From Monocercomonoides exilis PA203 (Eukaryota > Protista > Preaxostyla), in NCBI GenBank assembly GCA_001643675.2, contig LSRY02000028.1, positions 744,001 through 808,000 of the forward strand: a DNA stretch of 64,000 bases, written 5' to 3'. Of the stretch, positions 1-11,000 are shown piece after piece; position 1 is the stretch's first letter, and each line of letters opens with the position of its first letter. The position numbers were made by a program, and so were the translations under genes. Below the pieces are notes generated by a model. The model searched no databases. It had not been told where the DNA came from and saw only the letters and a list, made by a program, of their open reading frames with translations.

Positions 1-104
1 TTTTCATGAAAATTAAATCTCTTAATTATTAATTCGAATGAATGCTATCTTATAACTGAATGAAGTGATTATTCAAGGTGCAAGGAGTCAAAAAAGCATT
101 TGAT

Positions 105-1548
105 TCAGTAATAAACAAAATAATCATTCAAATTTTCAATCAAAAAATAACAATCCTCATCTTCTTCAACAAAGCAATAGTTGAATCCGATGGTCCAATC
201 TTCATATCCATATTCCTCTAACTTCTCAAACAATTTTCTTTTAACTTCTTTTCGTTTTGCCTCATAACTTTCGCTTGCTTTCTTTTCTTTTAATCGTTTG
301 CAAAGTTTTTTTATAAACGATAAACAACATATATTTTGTCGGAGATCGATATTTGATTGGACGATCATTTCGAATATCACATCAATGGCACCGCTTTCCA
401 AAAAATGTTCAATTTCAACGGATTTGTTTCTCACTGAATTATCAAAACATTCTAAACATCTATCGCAAATTTCTCCAAAATTATTTTTAGCTGTTCTTAA
501 TATCTGAGCAATGTTTCCTATCAGCTTAACAAATTCTTCATTCCTCAATTGACAATAGCGAAAATAAATTAATAATGTTTTGAGCCATCTCTTTAAAATA
601 ATCTCTTCTTTCGTTTCGTTAACTCCTTCCTCATCCTTTTGTCTTTTCCAATCCACACATTTCGAAAGCTCTTCAAGTTCTTTTATTGCCTCTCTTGCGA
701 AATGCAGTTCATTTGCAACAACGTATTCCCAACTTCTATTGTTGCGCAATTGATTTATTAAAAATTGCCAAACTGACTGATAGGCAAGTCGTGTCAAGTT
801 GCGATGCTCCTGGAGATATTTGATGATTTCGGTAATCTTATCCAAGAAAAGTTCTTGTTCCACTTTCTAATGAAAAAGGAGAGAGAACATTAAAAACGTC
901 AAAAATGAAATAGAAATGCTCATACACAAAACCCAATGTTGTTCAAAGCTAACAAAGCCATTTCCACTTCTTTTTGTGCTTCTTCGTTCTCCTCTTTGTC
1001 TGATGCAACTTTCAAAAGACAAGGTACGCAAATTGAAATTAGCTTCGATGAAAATATGCTGCCAAGCAAAAGATTGCATTCGCAGAGATCAACAAGAAGT
1101 TTTTCATCCTTTTCTTCTTTTTTCTCTTCTTCTTCAAAAATCATTTTCTCGAAACTCTTACTCAATAAAGTGAAATAAAAACCACAAATTTGTGATTCGT
1201 TCAACTCATTACAATATCCCACTTGCTTCAACAGTAAAATTGCGTTTTTTAAATCCATTTTCTTTTCTTCAATCATTTTGTTTATTTTATCGAACATTTC
1301 ATTGTTGAAAACAGATCTGAATTCTTCTTTATTCATTTCATCAATCAGTCTATTTAACTCATAGACATTCTGTTTTTGACTGACTTTGTCACAATCTTCA
1401 AATTCAGAAAACAATTCTATAATAAAATATTTGAAGCAGTCACAATCATCACTAATAAAAATAACACTATCTACAAACCAGTGAACTTCTTTGTGATGTC
1501 ATCCTTATATATTTCTGCAAAGTTTTTGCAATCGTAAAGGAACTACAT
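105..1548 (-). pseudogene. Member of a lineage-specific helical Glu/Lys-rich multigene family, 3 exons; probably defective (ATG immediately followed by TAG)
   Basis: ORFs 920-1414 and 105-863 join through GT-AG introns 1478-1417 and 925-867. Exon 1 reads ATG TAG TTC CTT... in the spliced frame. Clear paralog of 2907-4366 (shared LAY.S/CxWQFL, LHFAREA.ELEEL, EAKRKE.KRK.F.KLEE.G.ED). Confidence 0.65.
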
Positions 1549-2501
1549 ATTTGTTATTTTAACAGACAACGATACAGAGCGAGAGAGTGAAAAAATGAAA
1601 TAATATAAAATAAAAAAGCTTGCATATTCATTATAATATCAGCATTCATACATCCATCCACACGCAAGCAATTTTTGTCGATTGAAAACACAAGAAAAGC
1701 CGCTTTATTTTTCTGTTATGTTGTAATGGTAGTTTTGATCATTTTCAAACATTTATCTGAAACTGCTTTTTCCTCTGTGAGAATGAGAGAACAAAAAAAC
1801 ATTTGCTTCAAAAGCGTCTTTCGAAAAGAAAATGAGGAGGAGATGCTTGGAGAATTGCTGAAGTCGAATTTCACAACTTTTATTTTTCTTTTTTCAACTT
1901 CTTTCGATCTTATGAAAAGACATCTTCTTCGTTATCTTCTTCTTGGAACAGAAAGCTCACCACTAATTGTTATTTAACAATTAATCAGATGCATTTAATT
2001 TTTTTTGATTCAACAAGCAATCACAATTTTCAAATTGAATAAAATGTGAAATTTGGAAGGTAGATAAAATTAAATTCATTTTCATTGAGATGTGGTTGAA
2101 GCGAAGAACGAATGTGGAAAGGATGATGGAGAGATGTGTGAAGGAGATATCAGAAAATGAATTGAAAAATTGGTAGGAGACAGAAAAGATAGAGAACAGT
2201 TAAAGAAAGAGAAAAGGAAAGTGATTTCTCGAATGAGATGAAGTGGAATAGAAAAGACATGGAGGAAAGAAAGAATGAGATGCATATGATGAAAGAGTAG
2301 GAGTCAATTATAAAAAGCAGTTCAGATGCTATGCGGAATATGCATATCACGATTATGATGATATTGCATTGAAGTGGGATCGAGGAGAAGGAAAATATGA
2401 GAGTGATATCCTTTGGATAGAGTGGCTTGGAATTCGAATGAAATGCGCGATGAGGAGTGAGAGAAGATGGAGATTTGTTGTTGAAAAGAAGGAAGGAATA
2501 T

Positions 2502-2502
<1 letters not shown>

Positions 2503-2536
<34 letters not shown>

Positions 2537-2606
2537 AAAGGAAAGGAAAGGGAAAGGGAAAGGGAAAGGGAAAGGGAAATGGAAATGGAAATGGAAATGG
2601 AAATGG
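2503..2606. repeat. Poly(A) followed by (GGAAAG)n and (GGAAAT)n hexamer microsatellites
   Basis: Directly visible in sequence. Confidence 0.9.
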
Positions 2607-2906
2607 AGAGGGAATTTTTTTTTGAATACGAAAGCTAATGCTATGCGAAAGAGAGAGAATGGAAAGGAAAAATAGAAGTCAAAAGCAAATGTTGAAAGAG
2701 ACGAAAATAACTGAAAAGACTGAAAAATTAACTGCTTTCACTGGATATATTTCTGATTGAGTTCTGTTCTTTTCTCTTTTCTCCTTTTTCGTTTTGTTCT
2801 TTTGGAAGGATCCACCTCTTCTTTAAATTCTTCTTCTTCTTTTCTTATCATTGTCTTATGATTCTCTAAGATGATGCAAGGAACGGACTTTAAAATAACG
2901 ACTGCT

Positions 2907-4366
2907 TTATTGATGAACAAAATAATCAGAGGCATTTTTTGGCAGTCGTAAATATTGATGGTCATTTGAATAACATAACACCATTTCATGGAAGCTCGTC
3001 ATTAAATCTTCGAATCCTTCTTCTTCCAACTTGTCAAATATCTTTCTTTTCAACTCCTTTCGTTTTGCCTCGTCACTTTCTTCTTTCATCTTTTCATTCA
3101 ATCCTCCTGAAAGGAACTTTAAAATTATCAAACATTGACGAATTTCATAGTTTTCCAATATTGCTTGCAGAATCTCCTCCAAAGCAGCATCAATAGCCCC
3201 TTCTTTGAACAATGAATTAAGAGAAATTCCTTTGTTTTCCATCATGTTTTTCAATAGATAAACAAATTCAAAGCTCGCATTACTAAAAATATTCTTTATC
3301 TCTCGAAATGCTTGCACAGCTCTGCCAACGATCCCAGAAGATTCTTCGTTTTTCAAATGAGACGAATAAAAATAAGTTCCCAATATTTGGATCCATCTAC
3401 TGATTATCATTGCTTCGTTGAGTTCTTTCACTTCATTTGTTTCTTTTCTTTCCCAATTCACGCACTTTGTCAGCTCTTCCAGTTCTCTTGTTGCCTCTCT
3501 CGCAAAATGCAACTCATCCAAAATCACTTCTTTCAAACTGTTGTCGTTGATTAGTCTGTTTATTAAAAACTGCCAAGCGCATTAATAAGCCAGTTGTGTA
3601 AGATTGTGACGTTCCTGATGATGTTTGACGATTTCTGTGATCTCAGACAAATACAGGTATTTTTCAAGATCCTTGTGAGAAAATAAGAGAGAGAGAATTC
3701 AACCTCTTTAAAAATAAAACAGACTCATTCACACATGTCCAACATTGCTCAGAGCCACCAAAGCAATTTCCACTTCTTTTTGAACTTCCTCGTTTTTCTC
3801 CCTCTTCAATCCAACTTTCAGAAGACAAGACACGCAAATCGATTTCATTTCATCTGAAGTGATCGATAAATTCAGCAAAGCGAAGCATTCACAAAGCTCA
3901 ATGAGTGGCTTTTCATTCTTTTCTTCTTTTTTCTTTTCTTCATCAACAATCATCTTCTCAAATCTTTTGCCCAATGAAATGAATCCAAAACTTAAATTTC
4001 TTGTATGTTTCAATATTTTAAAACATTCAAAACGCTTCAAAATTTTGAGAACAACACCCAATGATATTTTCTGTTCATCAATCATTTTGTCCATTTCCTC
4101 GAAGAATTCTGTTGATAAAACTGAAGGTGATTCTTTTTCATTCATTTCTCCATTAGATCACACACTTCTTCAATGTTCTCTTTTTGCTCAATTTCTGTAC
4201 AATGTTCCAGTTCAGAAAGCAATTCTTCAAAGATTTGAAATAAAACAAATAAATTTTTCCAAAAAAAAATAAAATAAAATAAAATTCGCAAACTCAATGT
4301 TTTATTTATACAAGGAGACAACACTCGCAGTTTTTTAGCTGCATTTCCAACGTCAGTTGCTTCCAT
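2907..4366 (-). pseudogene. Pseudogene paralog of the 105-1548 family
   Basis: ORFs 4142-4387, 3729-4145 and 2907-3536 align to the neighbour. There is a frameshift near 4145 (ATG GAG AAA TGA ATG) and an in-frame TAA at about 3582-3584 where the paralog has Gln (LAYQ). Confidence 0.8.
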
Positions 4367-4628
4367 TTTGAATAATACTATTTTCATTCAAATTGCAGAT
4401 GAAGAAACCTTTAAAAAAAATTGAAGTTTTCATAAATGGTTATAGAAAAAAATTGAACTGAAATCAAAATTTTACTGTTTTTATGATGTGTATTTGAAAC
4501 CAATCAATGCTTTTCTTTGAATAAACACTCTCGTTTTGGTATTATTGATCAAATAGCAAAAAATCATTTTTAAATGTGACAAACTCATCACTTTTAACAA
4601 TGTTCAAATTATTGTCTATTTCAAATAT

Positions 4629-4868
4629 GGGTATCTCTTTTTGAAAAGTCGCAAATGTTTCTTTTTCAAATTAATAAAAATTTTCATATTTTGATAAGAA
4701 TTTTGTTTTTACTCACGAAACTTCACTTACATGGAATCAATAACTTGATAATACCATTTCATGAATACTTAAGAAGATTCAATAGTAGAAACAGAAATTT
4801 AAGAAAAATATGAGATTTTTGATTTATTAGAAAATTAAACATTTGCGACTTTTCAAAAAGAATTACCC
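4629..4868. mobile_element. 240-bp MITE with TIRs matching the giant Sola2-like element; TSD ATAT
   Basis: Left end GGGTATCTCTTTTTGAAAAGTCGCAAATGTTT; right end reverse complement GGGTAATTCTTTTTGAAAAGTCGCAAATGTTT. ATAT at 4625-4628 and 4869-4872, the latter continuing into an (AT)n run. Confidence 0.88.
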
Positions 4869-5048
4869 ATATATATATATATATATATATTTCGTGAATT
4901 TGAAGACAATCATTTTTACTGATGAAACAACAAAATTGATTGGAAAAGCGTTTATTGTTTATCAACGATAACGTTTCATACACATTAAAAATATTACACT
5001 GCTGAGTGATCCACTAATCAAAAACTTGGAAATTAATGATCAAAATTA

Positions 5049-5299
5049 TTGTGATTATTTTTGAAATCTTTATTTTTCTTTCAAAATTTTTTGTTCGAAT
5101 GTTTCACTTTAACATAAACAAAGAAACCAGAAAAATGAGGTTTATTGAAGACAGCAAAATCTTTATTTGTGTTTTAACATTTATTTTTGATACAATGGTG
5201 ATAAAAACACAAATTAAATACAAAATCTCTTCACAGTTACAAACAACATCTGAAAAATTTCCAAACCGAATAAAGATGTGATTTCTAAAATAATCACAA
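5049..5299. mobile_element. Degenerate ~250-bp MITE (GTGATTATTTTTGAAATC TIR family)
   Basis: TTGTGATTATTTTTGAAATC at about 5049 and inverted GATTTCTAAAATAATCACAA ending at about 5299. Same length as the 5578 and 5597 copies; TSD degenerate (ATTA/ATTT). Confidence 0.55.
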
Positions 5300-5577
5300 A
5301 TTTCAAGAAAGCAAGCACAACAAGGAAAAGGATTAAACTTTCAAAATAGATATAAAAATTAGAGTTTTTTTTATTCAATCAAAACAAAAATGTTTCGAAA
5401 TACACAAATATACAAATGGAAACATTCTTCCTGTTTCAAATTGAAAAGAAAGACTTTTTCACTTAGAAAAAAAGTGTGAAAAAGGCAAATAAACAACAAG
5501 CAAGACGTCATTAATATTCTGAAAATGCAAAAGGCAAGATATATTCTCAAAAAGAATTCAAAGTTCAGATAATAAAT

Positions 5578-6092
5578 GAGTGATTATTTTTGATATGGGT
5601 GATTATTTTTGAAATCATATCTTTTTTCTGGGTTTTGATTTTTTAATGATTGTTTGCTTTTTGAAAATATTTTTTGATTCAAAAGAGAAAAAGCTTGATA
5701 ATTGTTTGAAAAACCAAATGATTTTTCCGAATCAAAAACAAAATGAATTCAATAAGCCTTTTCACTTTTCAATTTTTGTTCATTGATATTCAAGAAAAAT
5801 TTTAGAACCGAAAATTTTAAAAGAAAAAATATGATTTCAAAAATAGTCACACATATCATATATTTTCTGCAATAATTTCGGTTTGAACATTTGTGAAGAA
5901 TATTTCTAAAATGGACCCTGAAAAGTGACAGATTTTTTTTATGAAAAACCTTTTATTATTTCAAGTCAAACTTTGGCTTTTGTAACGATTGATAAACATT
6001 TAATGTTTAAATGAAAATTATTTAACAAATGACAATAAATCATCATTACATAAACACTCCGAAAAAAGTTATGATTTCAAAAATGATCACAC
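5578..6092. mobile_element. Outer MITE (255 bp after removing the nested copy); TSD AAAT
   Basis: Left TIR GAGTGATTATTTTTG-ATAT-CATATATTTTC is split by the inner element. Right end GAAAAAAGTTATGATTTCAAAAATGATCACAC ends at 6092. AAAT at 5574-5577 and 6093-6096. Confidence 0.75.
5597..5852. mobile_element. Inner nested MITE (256 bp); TSD ATAT
   Basis: GGGTGATTATTTTTGAAATCATATCTTTTTTCT versus right-end reverse complement GTGTGACTATTTTTGAAATCATATTTTTTCT. ATAT at 5593-5596 and 5853-5856. Confidence 0.82.
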
Positions 6093-6984
6093 AAATTTTA
6101 TTTTTAATCCCAATTGATATTAGTGTTCATTCTTGTATCCAAAAACAAATTGATCAAATTCTTTTAACAATTTAAAAAAAAAAAATAGTTTGATTTATTC
6201 AGACTGATTATTTATAATGACAAGGTTTAGCACTTGAAGGAACTTGCTTGAACTTAATGAAATTGAAATGTTTACACATTTATCTTCTTTTTGGAGTATT
6301 TTGAAAATATGTGAAGTGGAGGAAAATATGGATTTTCTATCTTTTTTTGCACAGACAATAATAACTATATTTCTCTCAGAGCTTTTTTAAACTTTTTCTG
6401 ATAACATTAAATAATTAGAATTTTATATATGAAAACAAACTTCGTTGAAATCATTTCCAAAAATTTTTATAACGTCACATGAATTTCGACAATTGAGTCT
6501 TTTTTATTTATTTTTTGATCGCTGAAAATCAATAAAAAGCTCATCATTTTTCAATGAAAAAAAATGAAGCGAAATATTCTGTCCCACATTTTTCGAGAAT
6601 TATTTTTATATAAATAGTTTTGGATGTGAATATTTGTAAAAGTTCAGCACAACAATTTGGTGGCACATTCATGGCTGGTGGTTTGCTGAGTTCAGATCAT
6701 TGTGCCTGTGTTAAAATTCAATTCTCGCATGTCCATTTTAAATAAATTGAAAAAATTGGACAATTATAATTTATGTTCAAATTCTCAGAAATCTTTCATC
6801 AATCCCTTCTTCTTCTTTTTTTAGTGAATAACAGAAAGAGGATTAATCAATAAAACAATCCAAACAAATTAACTTATTTGTATTAATTCTTTATTTCGCA
6901 CAAATTCACAGATAAACTGCTCTGATAAAAATGGCAAGCACAGAATTTATCAATGTTAGAGTGCCCCATAAAGAAATAGTAGAT

Positions 6985-7073
6985 GGGTATTTTTTTTTGA
7001 AAAGTCACAAAATATTAATTGATCTGAAAATCAGATCACAAATGATCAGAAAATGTTGATCATTCCGTTACCA
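6985..7073 (+). repeat. Left terminal inverted repeat (89 bp)
   Basis: GGGTATTTTTTTTTGAAAAGTCACAAAATATTAATTGATCTGAAAATCAGATCACAAATGATCAGAAAATGTTGATCATTCCGTTACCA; contains the internal palindrome TGATCTGA-AAA-TCAGATCA. Confidence 0.93.
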
Positions 7074-8043
7074 AAATAAAATATTTATTATCAAACAAAT
7101 GCAATTTGATACTTATTCTCAAAGCAGAAAATCTCAAATTTGTCGAGAACTGAAAAAATATTTGAACCAGTGTTCAAATAACACAGAGAATCAACTAATA
7201 TTATATTACTTAAACCATTCTAATAATGGAAAGAAAATTAAGCAATCATTCATTGAGTGTTTGAATGGTATTGTATTATTATTGTTTTTCTTAATTATAA
7301 AAAAAGTTTGTTTTTATTTACAAAAGAAAAATATACCAAAGTTCTGTTTCATTGTGGAATTTTATACGATTTACTAAATAAAAAAGACAAAGTTTTGCTC
7401 TTGCAAACATTTTTGAATGTTGTGGAGGAGCAAGAGCTGTTTCAAGCGGGGTGGAGTTGCACAAAGAACAACATTGTTCATGCCAAAAGAATGTTGAAAC
7501 GTCATGATTATGGAGTGATTCGTTCATCAAAGCCCTATACGCCAACTGCTCGAAAACGTTTATATATATTCTTAATTTAACCTTTTTTAATATTTTTTGA
7601 AGCAATGACTCATTTCAATTTTTCGTTTTGTGAATGGTGGCTTCGAAAACACACCACAGAATGTTGCATAAAGAAAAGGAAAAAACGAAATTCTATTATT
7701 GAAGAATTATCTGAAGATGATATGGTGTTTCTGAATACAAAGAAAGAAAAAGAAATACCAAATATTACTTCTCCAAACTTGATGGAATATGATAATCATT
7801 CTCTTAATATTAAAAAGAACTCCATTGGAGAAAACAAACGAAATATTTCATTGAATTCCAAAGAAGAACTTGAATCAAATCAATACAAATCAAAAACAAA
7901 TTTCTCACAAGAACAGAAAGATTACATTACAATTATAAACAATAAACAATTATCAAATGTTCAATTTGACATATCAAAAACATTAATAAGTCTAAATAAA
8001 AAAAGAAATCAATATAAAAAACTCTTCATCGAAGTGTCGACTT

Positions 8044-11000
8044 TCATCTTCCATTGCATGCCCAGCTGCCGCCTCTTGCGCCATGTCTTCTGCCTCTTCA
8101 AGCAGCGCTGCAAGTTCCAGCTGCTCATCTCCCACTGCATGCCCAGCTGCCGCCTCTTGCGCCATGTCTTCTGCCTCTTCAAGCAGCGCTGCAAGTTCCA
8201 GCTGCTCATCTCCCACTGCATGCCCAGCTGCCGCCTCTTGCGCCATGTCTTCTGCCTCTTCAAGCAGCGCTGCAAGTTCCAGCTGCTCATCTCCCACTGC
8301 ATGCCCAGCTGCCGCCTCTTGCGCCATGTCTTCTGCCTCTTCAAGCAGCGCTGCAAGTTCCAGCTGCTCATCTCCCACTGCATGCCCAGCTGCCGCCTCT
8401 TGCGCCATGTCTTCTGCCTCTTCAAGCAGCGCTGCAAGTTCCAGCTGCTCATCTCCCACTGCATGCCCAGCTGCCGCCTCTTGCGCCATGTCTTCTGCCT
8501 CTTCAAGCAGCGCTGCAAGTTCCAGCTGCTCATCTCCCACTGCATGCCCAGCTGCCGCCTCTTGCGCCATGTCTTCTGCCTCTTCAAGCAGCGCTGCAAG
8601 TTCCAGCTGCTCATCTCCCACTGCATGCCCAGCTGCCGCCTCTTGCGCCATGTCTTCTGCCTCTTCAAGCAGCGCTGCAAGTTCCAGCTGCTCATCTCCC
8701 ACTGCATGCCCAGCTGCCGCCTCTCGCACCATGTCTTCTGCCTCTTCAAGCAGCGCTGCAAGTTCCAGCTGCTCATCTCCCACTGCATGCCCAGCTGCCG
8801 CCTCTTGCGCCATGTCTTCTGCCTCTTCAAGCAGCGCTGCAAGTTCCAGCTGCTCATCTCCCACTGCATGCCCAGCTGCCGCCTCTTGCGCCATGTCTTC
8901 TGCCTCTTCAAGCAGCGCTGCAAGTTCCAGCTGCTCATCTCCCACTGCATGCCCAGCTGCCGCCTCTCGCACCATGTCTTCTGCCTCTTCAAGCAGCGCT
9001 GCAAGTTCCAGCTGCTCATCTCCCACTGCATGCCCAGCTGCCGCCTCTTGCGCCATGTCTTCTGCCTCTTCAAGCAGCGCTGCAAGTTCCAGCTGCTCAT
9101 CTCCCACTGCATGCCCAGCTGCCGCCTCTTGCGCCATGTCTTCTGCCTCTTCAAGCAGCGCTGCAAGTTCCAGCTGCTCATCTTCCATTGCATGCCCAGC
9201 TGCCGCCTCTTGCGCCATGTCTTCTGCCTCTTCAAGCAGCGCTGCAAGTTCCAGCTGCTCATCTCCCACTGCATGCCCAGCTGCCGCCTCTCGCACCATG
9301 TCTTCTGCCTCTTCAAGCAGCGCTGCAAGTTCCAGCTGCTCATCTCCCACTGCATGCCCAGCTGCCGCCTCTTGCGCCATGTCTTCTGCCTCTTCAAGCA
9401 GCGCTGCGAGTTCCAGCTGCTCATCTCCCACTGCATGCCCAGCTGCCGCCTCTCGCACCATGTCTTCTGCCTCTTCAAGCAGCGCTGCAAGTTCCAGCTG
9501 CTCATCTCCCACTGCATGCCCAGCTGCCGCCTCTTGCGCCATGTCTTCTGCCTCTTCAAGCAGCGCTGCAAGTTCCAGCTGCTCATCTCCCACTGCATGC
9601 CCAGCTGCCGCCTCTTGCGCCATGTCTTCTGCCTCTTCAAGCAGCGCTGCAAGTTCCAGCTGCTCATCTCCCACTGCATGCCCAGCTGCCGCCTCTTGCG
9701 CCATGTCTTCTGCCTCTTCAAGCAGCGCTGCAAGTTCCAGCTGCTCATCTCCCACTGCATGCCCAGCTGCCGCCTCTTGCGCCATGTCTTCTGCCTCTTC
9801 AAGCAGCGCTGCAAGTTCCAGCTGCTCATCTCCCACTGCATGCCCAGCTGCCGCCTCTCGCACCATGTCTTCTGCCTCTTCAAGCAGCGCTGCAAGTTCC
9901 AGCTGCTCATCTCCCACTGCATGCCCAGCTGCCGCCTCTTGCGCCATGTCTTCTGCCTCTTCAAGCAGCGCTGCAAGTTCCAGCTGCTCATCTCCCACTG
10001 CATGCCCAGCTGCCGCCTCTTGCGCCATGTCTTCTGCCTCTTCAAGCAGCGCTGCAAGTTCCAGCTGCTCATCTTCCATTGCATGCCCAGCTGCCGCCTC
10101 TTGCGCCATGTCTTCTGCCTCTTCAAGCAGCGCTGCAAGTTCCAGCTGCTCATCTCCCACTGCATGCCCAGCTGCCGCCTCTTGCGCCATGTCTTCTGCC
10201 TCTTCAAGCAGCGCTGCAAGTTCCAGCTGCTCATCTCCCACTGCATGCCCAGCTGCCGCCTCTTGCGCCATGTCTTCTGCCTCTTCAAGCAGCGCTGCAA
10301 GTTCCAGCTGCTCATCTCCCACTGCATGCCCAGCTGCCGCCTCTTGCGCCATGTCTTCTGCCTCTTCAAGCAGCGCTGCAAGTTCCAGCTGCTCATCTCC
10401 CACTGCATGCCCAGCTGCCGCCTCTTGCGCCATGTCTTCTGCCTCTTCAAGCAGCGCTGCAAGTTCCAGCTGCTCATCTCCCACTGCATGCCCAGCTGCC
10501 GCCTCTTGCGCCATGTCTTCTGCCTCTTCAAGCAGCGCTGCAAGTTCCAGCTGCTCATCTCCCACTGCATGCCCAGCTGCCGCCTCTTGCGCCATGTCTT
10601 CTGCCTCTTCAAGCAGCGCTGCAAGTTCCAGCTGCTCATCTCCCACTGCATGCCCAGCTGCCGCCTCTCGCACCATGTCTTCTGCCTCTTCAAGCAGCGC
10701 TGCAAGTTCCAGCTGCTCATCTCCCACTGCATGCCCAGCTGCCGCCTCTTGCGCCATGTCTTCTGCCTCTTCAAGCAGCGCTGCAAGTTCCAGCTGCTCA
10801 TCTCCCACTGCATGCCCAGCTGCCGCCTCTTGCGCCATGTCTTCTGCCTCTTCAAGCAGCGCTGCAAGTTCCAGCTGCTCATCTCCCACTGCATGCCCAG
10901 CTGCCGCCTCTTGCGCCATGTCTTCTGCCTCTTCAAGCAGCGCTGCAAGTTCCAGCTGCTCATCTCCCACTGCATGCCCAGCTGCCGCCTCTTGCGCCAT

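Noticed and set aside
2320-2500. Possible reverse transcriptase fragment (YHDYDDIAL...IEWLG)
   Set aside because: Too short and degenerate; no YxDD in proper context and no other RT motifs.
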